From: Bacteroidota bacterium
Lineage (GTDB): Bacteria; Bacteroidota; Ignavibacteria; Palsa-1295
Assembly (NCBI GenBank): GCA_021324685.1
Contig: JAJPIQ010000085.1
Span: 5,713 to 69,712 of the forward strand
Reading direction: 5' to 3'
DNA: 64,000 bases
Under the pieces are notes generated by a model. It did not search any database. It was not told the DNA's origin and was given only the letters and a program-made list of their open reading frames with translations. Positions 28,764-39,089 of this stretch are shown piece after piece. A program made the translations under genes and the position numbers. Position 1 is the stretch's first letter, and the number at the start of each line of letters is the position of its first letter.

Positions 28764-30368
28764 TTAGCGTTTCGACTTTCCTTTTTGCGCTTTTCGGGCC
28801 GGCTTTTTTGCTTCGATCTTCTCGGCAATGCTCTTGGCCTGCATAAAGAGCAGCAAATAATCGTGCCCGCCGGCTTTGGAATCGGTCCCCGACATATTGA
28901 AGCCGCCGAAGGGATGCGCGCCGACCATGGCGCCGGTGCACTTGCGATTGATATAGAGGTTCCCGACGAAAAATTCCCGTTCGGCTTTTTCGATGTTCTT
29001 CCGACTCTTCGAATAGACCGCGCCCGTGAGCCCATATTCGGTGTTATTCGCGACCTCGATCGCCTCGTCGAAATTCTTCACCGGGATCACCGCGAGCACC
29101 GGGCCGAAGATCTCTTCCTGAGCAAGCCGCGCCGTGGGAGCGATATCCGCCACGACGGTCGGCTTGATATAATATCCTTCCATGCCGGCCGGCTCGCCTC
29201 CGGCCACGACCCGGCCCTCCTTGCGGCCGATATCGATATAACTCAGGATCGATTTATACGCCCGCTCGTTCACGACCGGACCGACCCGCTTGTTTTCCAG
29301 GGGATCGCCGACTTCAATGGCGTTCACACGCTCGACGATCTTCTGGAGCATTTTGGGATAGACGGCTTCCTCGATGATCGCGCGCGAGCAAGCCGAGCAT
29401 TTCTGTCCCTGAAATCCATAGGCGCTGGTAACGATTCCATCGGCGGCCGCATCGAGATCGGCGTCCCGGGCGACAACGATGGCGTCCTTGCCACCCATTT
29501 CGGCGACGACGCGCTTGATCCACTTCTGCCCTTCGCGCGGGGCGGCCGCATTATGCGCGACGCGCAGGCCCACCTGCTTGGAACCCGTGAACGACACAAA
29601 GCGCGTGATCGGGCTATCGACTAAGTAATCCCCTACTTCGCCGCCCGGAGCGGTAAGTAGATTGAGCACTCCGGCGGGAAGCCCGGCCTCTTCCATGATC
29701 TCGTGATAGAGCCAGCCCATCATCGGCGAGTCGCTCGACGGCTTGAGCACAACCGTATTACCGGTCACGATCGCGGCGCTCGACATGCCGACTAAGATCG
29801 CGAACGGAAAATTCCACGGTGGAACGATAACGCCGACTCCGAGCGGAAGGTATTCTAACCAGTCTTTTTCACCTTTGAGCTGGTGCAAGGGCTGCGGCCC
29901 GCCCAGCCGGAGCATCTCGCGGGCATAGAACTCGAGGAAGTCGATCGCTTCGGCCGTATCGGCATCGGCTTCCGCCCAGTTCTTTCCGACTTCACGGACC
30001 ATCCACGCGTTGATCTCATAGCGCCGGCGGCGAGCGATCTTTGCCGCTTTAAAAAGTAAGTTTGCCCGTTTTTCGAACGGGACGCGGCTCCAGGTCTCAA
30101 ATGCTTTTGCGGCCGACTGCAGCGCCTGTTCCGCATGTTTCACGGTCCCCTTTGCAAAATTGCCGACGATCTCGCTCGGGCGCGCCGGGTTGCGGGATGC
30201 GATCGTTTCGGAGGTTGCAAGGTGTTCGCCGCCGATAACGAGAGGATAGATCTCGCCTACCTGAGAGGCCGTCTTTTTGAGCGCGGCTTCCATCGCCTTT
30301 CGCTCGCGGGGCTGCGTGTAATCTTTATAGGTCTCGTTCTGGAATGGAGGAATCTTGGTCGTTGGCAT
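28764..30368 (-). CDS. pruA: L-glutamate gamma-semialdehyde (P5C) dehydrogenase
   Basis: PPWNFP, FTGS, EMGGKD, FQGQKCSACSR, EEIFGP, PFGGFNMSGTDSKAGG. Confidence 0.95.
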   Translation of the reverse strand: MPTTKIPPFQNETYKDYTQPRERKAMEAALKKTASQVGEIYPLVIGGEHLATSETIASRNPARPSEIVGNFAKGTVKHAEQALQSAAKAFETWSRVPFEKRANLLFKAAKIARRRRYEINAWMVREVGKNWAEADADTAEAIDFLEFYAREMLRLGGPQPLHQLKGEKDWLEYLPLGVGVIVPPWNFPFAILVGMSSAAIVTGNTVVLKPSSDSPMMGWLYHEIMEEAGLPAGVLNLLTAPGGEVGDYLVDSPITRFVSFTGSKQVGLRVAHNAAAPREGQKWIKRVVAEMGGKDAIVVARDADLDAAADGIVTSAYGFQGQKCSACSRAIIEEAVYPKMLQKIVERVNAIEVGDPLENKRVGPVVNERAYKSILSYIDIGRKEGRVVAGGEPAGMEGYYIKPTVVADIAPTARLAQEEIFGPVLAVIPVKNFDEAIEVANNTEYGLTGAVYSKSRKNIEKAEREFFVGNLYINRKCTGAMVGAHPFGGFNMSGTDSKAGGHDYLLLFMQAKSIAEKIEAKKPARKAQKGKSKR

Positions 30369-30578
30369 GGGCCGCTAAACACAGGCATCGAAGATTATGC
30401 TCCAAAAAAAGTTGTGCGTGCTTCAACACATTGTCAACGCACTATTCCGGACTGTGGAAACTCAGGAACGCTCCCGCCGTCTCGTGCCTGCTTCATTTGC
30501 TGAATAACACTCGGTTGGGAACCGGATGCCGCGCCGGCCTCCGAGAGCTTTACAAGCCGCGTGCTCGCAGAATCGTTC

Positions 30579-30608
30579 GCCGCCTCTCTCGCCCGGAAGA
30601 GAGGCGGC
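30579..30608 (-). terminator. Hairpin just after the large T9SS gene
   Basis: GCCGCCTCTCT / AGAGAGGCGGC 11-bp stem, 9 nt past the stop codon; U-tract weak. Confidence 0.55.
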
Positions 30609-30617
30609 ATTAATCGC

Positions 30618-33600
30618 TCAATGCTCGATCGTAAACTGCACGGCTTTATGCTGACCCTGCGTTTGAAGATCGGCATAATAAATCCCACTCGGAAGCTGCG
30701 AGCAATCGAGCTGGAGGCAGAGGCCCAGTTCCGCTTCCGGCGTTGCGTTATAAAGCATGGCAACTTGCGTTCCCATTTCGTTTACCACATCGACCGTCAC
30801 CGGAATACCGCCCGGAATATCTTCGACGCAGACCTTCACGCTCGTCCGCGCTGGGTTCGGATGCACCGTGACAGTCAACTCCGGTTGTGGGGTACCTAAA
30901 GCCTGGGGATGAGGGTCGGCTATCTTGAAGCCGCCGACGCTACTGTCGGGAGGAGGAAGGACATCCTGGATGGGATCATCGAAACTCTCGATATGCGCAA
31001 GCGTCAGATTGTCGGTTGAATCGCCGCGAGCAACATCCAGCGTTAGAAAGAATGAATCCGCGATTGGAATTATTGCATGACCATAACCGCTATCCGCCAC
31101 GTTAGTGCTCGAAATAAAGGTAGAGCGAGTGAGTCGCGCCGTATCGAGCACCAGTACAATAGCACTATCGGCAGCACGACGAAGATTAATCGACGCTCGA
31201 AAATAGTCACCGCCGGTGGAATCGAGTCCAGCTTGAATGACGGCCGTATCACCTACAGTGAAGGTTCCCATACGGAAAAAACGTGTATAGCTGAGTGAAT
31301 CGCCAGCGCTGGCTATAAATGTACTTGTCCGAACACTCGGCGAGGTCCAACCAATGTGTGGCGGAGGTTCAGTGCTGTCGAATCGGTTAGGGGCAATCGG
31401 AAGCCATGATGCAGTGGTTGGTATTCCGCCTCCCGAAGGAAAAGCCATAGGAGGGTGACCGCCACCTGAGCGAATTGCGAATACAATACACCCAAAGTTG
31501 TCGGAAGCAGTAATCGTCTGCATCATTAATTTATCTTGCTGAACGGGTGTAACCGGAAAATCGAAGCGAGTAATTTTTGCATCATACGTGCTATCGGAAT
31601 GCAACGAGGTACCTCGAAACATGACAGCCTCTGGCAAATTATTCTGGTTTAGCTCCCAAACGGCTGACGAAGGAGCTATAGATGATTCCACGAAGTGAAG
31701 TCTATTCCAGCCGTTGGAATATGAAGGATATCCATAGCGTGCCATCGTGACATGCCCCAAAAGAGAATCGCTCCAAACAATGCGTTTCCAATCGCGATAA
31801 TACAACGAGGGTCCCGTAGTCGAATAAGTCGTAGCGTCCTGGGGAAGCGATAAAAGGTCGCGGAGTCCTTCGATTGTAGCATGAATAACATTCGGGGTAT
31901 ACCATGCAATGCAATCGAACCACGTTGGGGGAAATGCTGGATTCTTTTCTCGCATCATCACCCATTTATCCCAGGCTATGAGGTCGGTATATGGCGAGTA
32001 TATTTTCTGCCATTCCCACGTAACAGTAACATACCCTTTCCATCAATCGAAATACATGGTGTACGATGTAAGCAAGACCCGTATCCATTAGATATTTTTG
32101 TAAGCCTTCCAGTATCGATGATTCCAGGGTTCACGGTATCTGGCCATGCTTCAAGGTAATAGATATTTCCGTAGTCCGGGACTTGCGGTGGAATCGAGGG
32201 ATAGGATACAGACTCCTGAAAAGCAATATAACAGCGTTTATGTCCGGGCCAAAAAGCAGGCTGAGCATAAGAAGAGCGCGATGCAAGCGAAATAAATTTC
32301 GTATTCGAAGGATCGCCCGCGGAAAAATAGCGAATGCTGGATCGATACCCCGGACCGACAAGCGCGATCGCTCCGCCTTTCGTTGGATTTCGCCAGCCAA
32401 CCCAGAACGAAGCGCTTGCAGTATTCCACAACGTTACTGAAATAGCAGGTGCAGCAACATAATATGAATCTGTGACTGGAAAAGCTTCGAGTGTGTCCTT
32501 TTCAAAATAAATGCGGTCAGTTGTAGACGTTGCGAAGCGGAAAATAATGAACGTCGAATCGCCCGTTGTGCCCGCATGGTCAACACTATAGACGATCCCA
32601 TAACCCCTCCCCACGTCGGGATTGATTGCAATAGCGGGGTTATGAGCCTTGCCACAGGGTTCAAGTAGCAACTCAGGGTTTATCGTGTCGGTCTCGCGCT
32701 TCGAAAGACTTGTGGGAGTTTCAAGGGGAGAATTGACATAAATGTTCCCCTTTCGTTCATAGACCATCCAATAAGAGTGCGATGTATCATACCCTGTCTC
32801 ATTGTAGGCCATGTGACGAGCGTTATTCCATACATTAGTGGTGAGTTTGCCAATAGTTTCGCTTGTCGAGGGAGCGATACGCAGCAGCGCTCCGCGGCCT
32901 GCACCAAGTGTGATCGAGAAGTTGCTGTCCAGTCCCACGATAGTATCCCATCCGGTTCCCTCGTTCGTAATTTCCCACACGGACCAATTAATATAAAATG
33001 GATTGAACGCGCTATCGCGGACCTGCATTGTGATCGTGCGGGTGTCGGTTTGGTCAGTGCCGGTAGAGTCGGTCCATAGAAGACGGTTTAAGACCGAAAG
33101 ATAGCGGGCGAGACTATCCGAAGGAAGCTGATGAATGCCAAAGTCCAAATAAGAAATTGCATCGGTTGTTCCAGAAAGATTTTTCGTGCTAATACTTTGC
33201 ACTGGCAATCGGCTAAGATACGTCGGTGTAGAATCTTTTTTATTCCAGCACACCGATCCCAGCCAATTAAGTTCCTGCAACAGGCTCGATTTGACGAGCG
33301 GTGATAGGTCATCCCGCATTTCACGTTGCACTTCGTTGAAGAGGTGGGCGTAGTTGTTTGGAGGAGGGAGCAATTTGATAATGTGAGAGTTCCCTGCCGA
33401 ATCAACATATGGATATTGATGAAAATCTTCGAATATTGTATAAGGTTGACCATTCCCGTCGAGTATGTTATAAAATTGGGCAACTCGCGTGTCTAACCCT
33501 GCGCCACCATACCTAAGATATATATCTGGAATCCCAACGACACTCTGAGTCTTTGTCAAATCGGGCTGAACAATTCCGTGCTGTTGTAATCCATCATCGC

Positions 33601-35694
33601 TACCATAGTTCAAAAGATAGCCCTTTAGGCCGTGCGTAATGCCCCACCAAAGTTGAAAACTCGCTTCTGTCGTGGTAGGCATTCTACCTCCCCACCAAAA
33701 CCAATCGAGCAACGAATCGAGCTTTACTACGGTATCATAGGGGTGCCTTGCGCGGTATGGATTAAAAATTAAAGAAGCCGTGAGCTCATTTTCAATATAA
33801 TGTGACCACCAGTCTTGTCGGTAAGCAACAGTGCCATTAGATGTCGAAAATGCCTGATTGATCCAATTATTGATATCTGCTGTGTCTCCGGAACCCAACT
33901 GACTACTTAGAACCCCACGAAAAAACGATGTATCATTATTCCCAATAGCCCAAAGGAGTACCATCTGGATCGAATCCATTTTCCACTTCGGCCTCTCCCA
34001 GTGCCCTCCTAACAGTTGAGGGCTCATTCTCATGGGGACAATGGGCCCTGTAGGATCGTCGTAGCAGGAACTCGCGAATTCCTTCATGCCTTGCTCCCAT
34101 CCCAAACCACCTCCTGGTGTTTCAGAAGCGTACCCAATAATGGAGTCCTGATAATTCCGCTTGAACGTTGAAGCACCAAGAACGTGAATTCCGTGTCGGA
34201 ACGCAGTAAAGGAGTCCGGCATCATCGCCGAAGGCACAGGCGTCCAATAGTTATCGTTATATATACCGTAAGCAGATTCGCTCACACGGGCGTTGAAGTG
34301 CTGATATCGTCATGTAAACGGTAACCAACTCCACCGAACAGACCCGCTTCATACCATAGCTGCCCCTTTGCGACATTGACATTTTCGCACTGGTCGCGCC
34401 AGATGCGCGCCAACAGGTCCATTGGCCCACCCTGCAATAAATTAAGCGCCGGAAGACCGTTATCGCAAAAAAGATTGTGAATGTAGGCCAAGCACCGATA
34501 GCCGAGCGGCGACATTTCGCGAGTGAATTTCCAGCTCTTATCTGCGCTGTTATGCGGAGAGACATTCGCTAAAATTTTTCCCGCGGCGACGAGAAGGCTA
34601 TCGCACTTACCGGACAAAACTTGCTCTGCGATCCAATTTCGAATGCGAATCAAACGCGGATAGATCGGCCACACACCATAGGAGAATAACCGAACATCGA
34701 TCGGAGCGCCGTGAAGAGCCCGAGTTACGCTTGCGGGTATGGTAATTCGAAGCCGTTTGTACGGAATAGGTTGGTTCGGGAAGCTTACATTTGGAGACTT
34801 CCAAGTCGCGAGTGAGTCACCACGAACGCCACGGCCGTTAATTAGTTCGTTTGCGATCGGAAGGGTCGCGTACGAAGCCGCGGTTATAATTGTGCTGCTA
34901 AGAATCTGCGTATCGCCGACCGAAATATCGAGCCGGAATAAATTACCGGCTGGTATTGCTACCGTATCCATTCTGAATACAAAATCGTACGTGTATGCGC
35001 CAACGTGATTCGTGTCGAGCCCGAAAATCGTCGGGTCTGTAGTGTGATATGGGTCCGTACCCGCCGGATTGATATTCGTGCTATCGCTGAGCTTAAGCAC
35101 ATAGCCGCCACTGCTACTCACGGCTGTATCAGGAATAAACCATTCGTTTGAATTCCTTGTCCCGAATGGAGGAGCAAGATGATAAATGGAGTCATTCCCA
35201 CCAAGCGCGAAGTTCCACTTGTAATCATACTGTTTCGTCCATCCGGCAGTGCCTGGCAGGAACACGCGCACCTCGGGCGTCTCCACAGCTTCAGTAAAGA
35301 GATTCACGATCGAGGAATCGTTATGGCCGGGATATGCCACGGTGTGGACGTAATGGGTATTTACGGATGTATCCCAATAATACGGGTCCCGGATGCTCAC
35401 TGTGAATGTATCGAATGGCTGCCCCTCTCGTGCGAATTGTCCACCGTCACCCACGGAGTGAAGTTCGAAGTAGGAATTGATGCCGAGCATTTTGACTAGC
35501 GAATCTAATCGTTTGACAGAATCTTCCCCTTCGCCGGTCAGGAGCACCCCGATCGGGAACTGATCGTGGGTTGCTGGCGCACTTAAGGTATCGGGCGTTT
35601 GTGCCCGCGCCACTACCGAGTTCAAAAGGAACAAAAAAATCACAGGGACATACCTTGCACGTCCGCGGATCGAGGGAACAAATCGTCTCTTCAT
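30618..35694 (-). pseudogene. Large (~1,692 aa) T9SS-secreted protein split into three ORFs by two -1 frameshifts
   Basis: Only the first piece (ATG 35694) has a signal peptide and only the last (30618-31961) has the T9SS CTD (VHPNP...QLPSGIYY); frames join at ~34285-34309 and ~32030-32041. Confidence 0.75.
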
Positions 35695-35710
35695 GGTCGT
35701 AAAAGAATGG

Positions 35711-37354
35711 TTAGTGTTGCACGATAAATCGTGTGGTGGAAACTTTCGCAGATGATTGGTCATCCATACTGCCTGCGCTGAGACGAGCGATATAAGTTCC
35801 GCCTGGCCACGCCGAGGTCTCGAAATACTCTGTGTTGCCGCCGGCATCGATCTCGACTCTCCGGGAAGCAATGGCATTGCCCAATAGATCGAAGATCGTT
35901 AAATTCCCAGAGACGGATGTTGGCGTTTCAGTGTAAATCTTGACGTAGCGGTTGGCAATTGCCGGAAAAGCCGACATCGCAATGGTTGGCGTTTCTTCTG
36001 ACGATTTCACTTTTAGCCACAGCGGATTTGTCCGGTGCGGCATTTTATCGCCATTGCGATAGAGCAGGAGGTCGAGATTCTCTACGGAAACAAGTACCGC
36101 GGAGCGCCCTGAATTATCAATACTATGGAGGGTATCGAGAGCATCGTATTCGTCATCGAAACTTGCGTTTTTTTGCAACAATCCATCGAAGAGAGAGTCC
36201 AAAGCTTTTCCGCCACAATAGAAAAAAACGGCATCGTAATCCCCCGAAGTGGAAGACCGCCCGATCACGCCGAGCACCGGAACTCCGGATCCCGTCATAT
36301 CGCCGCAGTTGAACATCGAAACGGCCCACCCGTCAATATATGACCAATCGCTGCTGAGTCCTTCGAGCAATGCCGGATGTGGAATGCGGTAATACGCGCG
36401 GTCCTTCGTCAGCGGGTAGTATCCGAGGGAGTCCGAGCCTTTGAAAATATAGATATAGACGCCATCGGTCACGAGTAAGTCGGGGATGCCGTCGCCCGTA
36501 ATGTCCATCGTGTACAGTCCCGTCGCGGCAATCATACTGTCGGTGCCCGGGTGATAGATGTGAACTGCCTCCGTCGTGTGAGAGAGATAAACGACCGTGT
36601 CGTGAGCAAGATCGTTGAGATACCGAATGACTCCAATCTTATAGGTTACAGTATGAGGAGTATCCGGTGATGTCGCGCTGCCGGCTATGAACATCATTGG
36701 TTTTGCGTTTTTGCCATAGGTTCCTAGTGTTCCAGAATTCCATGCCACTTCTGGGAGGACGAGCATGGAATCAGAGGCTGTAATAACAGAGTCCTTAAAA
36801 TGTGAGCCGCCGTAATATGCGAAGAGTGCGAGAACGCCACTACCACCATCGGCGCCGAACACATCAGGGATACCATCGGCATTTACATCAACTGCACCGA
36901 TTATTCCTGGAGCGTCAGCATAGGCTCTATGATAGCGATCAGTAAAGAAGCCCGTGGCTGAATCAAGATAAGGATAGTCTTTTTTGCCTTTAAAAAAAAG
37001 AGGCCCATTCGATAACGTAAAACCATGAGAAATCAAATCTTGAATTCCATCGCCATTGAAATCACCATGAAGAATCGGCAGCGTAAATGGAGCTACCAGG
37101 CCCAGGCTATCAAAAAGTAACGGACCACCGTACTGATATGTACTTGGATTGTTGTAATCGTACAAGGATAAGTCATCGAACGAGTCATCGTTTAATAGCC
37201 CCATGTTAAAATCGGTTACGAAAACGCGCCTGAGCGTATCCATCTTCGCCGAGAAGTCCACGTAGTTCGGGTCGTAGGCATGGGAGAATTGCGCCTCGAT
37301 GGGAGAGGCGGCAAAAAGAAGCATTACCGTTGCGATCAGTCGTTTCACGTTCAT
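35711..37354 (-). CDS. FG-GAP/VCBS-repeat protein with T9SS C-terminal domain
   Basis: GDFNGDGIQD, DVNADGIPD, DITGDGIPD repeats; IFDLLG...GTYIARL; start at ATG 37354. Confidence 0.87.
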   Translation of the reverse strand: MNVKRLIATVMLLFAASPIEAQFSHAYDPNYVDFSAKMDTLRRVFVTDFNMGLLNDDSFDDLSLYDYNNPSTYQYGGPLLFDSLGLVAPFTLPILHGDFNGDGIQDLISHGFTLSNGPLFFKGKKDYPYLDSATGFFTDRYHRAYADAPGIIGAVDVNADGIPDVFGADGGSGVLALFAYYGGSHFKDSVITASDSMLVLPEVAWNSGTLGTYGKNAKPMMFIAGSATSPDTPHTVTYKIGVIRYLNDLAHDTVVYLSHTTEAVHIYHPGTDSMIAATGLYTMDITGDGIPDLLVTDGVYIYIFKGSDSLGYYPLTKDRAYYRIPHPALLEGLSSDWSYIDGWAVSMFNCGDMTGSGVPVLGVIGRSSTSGDYDAVFFYCGGKALDSLFDGLLQKNASFDDEYDALDTLHSIDNSGRSAVLVSVENLDLLLYRNGDKMPHRTNPLWLKVKSSEETPTIAMSAFPAIANRYVKIYTETPTSVSGNLTIFDLLGNAIASRRVEIDAGGNTEYFETSAWPGGTYIARLSAGSMDDQSSAKVSTTRFIVQH

Positions 37355-37443
37355 TTCAATCGTTACAAACATACAAAGAAAAATTCTACTTCCACCGAAT
37401 CCGGTGTAGATTTATCCGGTGCAACCCGATAAGTTTGCACCCA

Positions 37444-37662
37444 TTGAAAAATCCGAAACACATCCTTAAAGTAGCTGCCGGCAACATTCGCCAAATCAGG
37501 TTGAAAAATAATCTTTCTCAGGAGAAGCTTGCCGAGTTTGCTGATGTGCATCGGAATTATATCGGTCGTGTTGAACGCTGCGAAATAAATCTGTCGTTGG
37601 TCCAACTGGCCCGCATTGCTATGGGTCTTAAAGTCCACCCTTCCGAACTCCTCCGGGAATAA
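37444..37662 (+). CDS. XRE-family helix-turn-helix regulator
   Basis: IRQIR..NLSQEKLAEFADVHRNYIGRVERCEIN; TTG start at 37444 chosen over 37330. Confidence 0.88.
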   Translation: MKNPKHILKVAAGNIRQIRLKNNLSQEKLAEFADVHRNYIGRVERCEINLSLVQLARIAMGLKVHPSELLRE

Positions 37663-38181
37663 TATTCAACGTGTATCCGATCCAAGTTTGATTGTGGGCC
37701 AATTACTGATTTTCCGTTCTTTCATAGCCTTGAATGGGCAATGCGGCGGCAAGAGCGGTTGCACCGCCCCAAACGAGTAAAACGCCAAAAACCGAAATGA
37801 CTTCACATCACGAAGACCCATAAGAGCGCGGAAGGTTACAAAGCTTGGAGCACAAAAGTAAAGTAAAAATTTGGGACTGTTATGAAGTTCGAATCGAGCA
37901 CGGTTCATTGGCGCTCCCGCCAGGAACGTCGCATTCAGGCTTTTAAGTGTGAGTCCGATTCAAAGACGTTATCTCAGACTTCATAGAGAAGGTCGGCAGG
38001 TGACCTGAGCGGAATCTTTACCGAGTCCCACAACCTTGCTTTCGATCATTATTCATTGGTAACGGCGGAACAGCACCAAAGCTAACACAAAAGTAAGGTA
38101 TAAATTTTCACTCTTCGAAAAACGGGACTCGTGCGATCCTCAGGGGAAAATAATTCATGGAAGAGAACGAACGAGAAATCG

Positions 38182-38215
38182 TATTTTTGTAAAAGTTCTT
38201 TCGAAAGTTCTTTCG
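38182..38215 (+). promoter_or_regulatory. Putative Bacteroidota-type -7 promoter element followed by a 12-bp tandem repeat
   Basis: TATTTTTG (TAnnTTTG) at 38182-89; AAAGTTCTTTCG twice at 38192-38215; upstream of ATG 38240. Confidence 0.4.
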
Positions 38216-38239
38216 CATGAATAGACGGATTGCCACGTA

Positions 38240-38989
38240 ATGAACTCTACGCTCCTCGTTTCCCTGCTGGCGGAGGTGATGCCGCGCTCGCCGCAGAATG
38301 GCTACTTCGGTGTGCTGCTCTATGCGTTCGGCCTGTTGCTCGTGCTTTTTTTGCTCATCAATCTCGACCGCCGGTTCCGGGAATACATCGTGCGCTCGCT
38401 TGTGCGACCGTTCAATTTTTTTGCAGATGTGCGGGACCGGCGGATCCTTCCAAACGGGCAAACGACCTTGCTCGCCCTCATTTGCTCTGGGGCATTTGGA
38501 ATTTCAGTGGCCACACTCGTCCATGGGTATGCCGCCGATCCTGCGGCCGCACCCTATTTTTACACGATGTTTCCACGTGCTGTGTACGATCCCATAAAAG
38601 GATTTTTATGGGACTATGCCGCGCTGCTGATAGCCACAACGGCGATGTCCTTCATCGCTATTTTTTTCGTGGCCCTTCTTCTCCGGCTCTGGGCGATGTT
38701 CGTTCGCGGACGATTTTATTTTGCGGATACTTATAACGTCGCGGCATGGTCCGTCCTGCCGATCGCTCTTTTACTTGCATACGATCTAATCCTGCCGCGG
38801 CTCGATATGGACCAGCCGACGGCGATGCTTTCGCTCGCGGTCATTGGCGCTCTCTTCATCTGGTCCTACTTTCGCGTGCTCAAAGGCACCGGCGTGCTCT
38901 TCGATATTTATCCGACGAAGATCTATGGCTACGGAGTGCTCGCGCTCGCACTCTTCGCTTTTCTCGTATTTCTATTTCTTCAGAAATAA
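38240..38989 (+). CDS. Polytopic membrane protein (Yip1-like)
   Basis: About six TM segments; RPFNFFADVRDRR motif; core-genome codon style. Confidence 0.75.
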   Translation: MNSTLLVSLLAEVMPRSPQNGYFGVLLYAFGLLLVLFLLINLDRRFREYIVRSLVRPFNFFADVRDRRILPNGQTTLLALICSGAFGISVATLVHGYAADPAAAPYFYTMFPRAVYDPIKGFLWDYAALLIATTAMSFIAIFFVALLLRLWAMFVRGRFYFADTYNVAAWSVLPIALLLAYDLILPRLDMDQPTAMLSLAVIGALFIWSYFRVLKGTGVLFDIYPTKIYGYGVLALALFAFLVFLFLQK

Positions 38990-39089
38990 GGAACGGCGTG
39001 CTTTTTTTCGGGTTTTGAAAGTCCGTATTGCTCGCTGCCGTTAAAAAATACGCAGCGACTTCTGTTCATCGGCGAGGTTTCGTCCTACC

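Noticed and set aside
37666-38230. tRNA or integrase remnant at the island edge
   Set aside because: No cloverleaf or recombinase motif recognised
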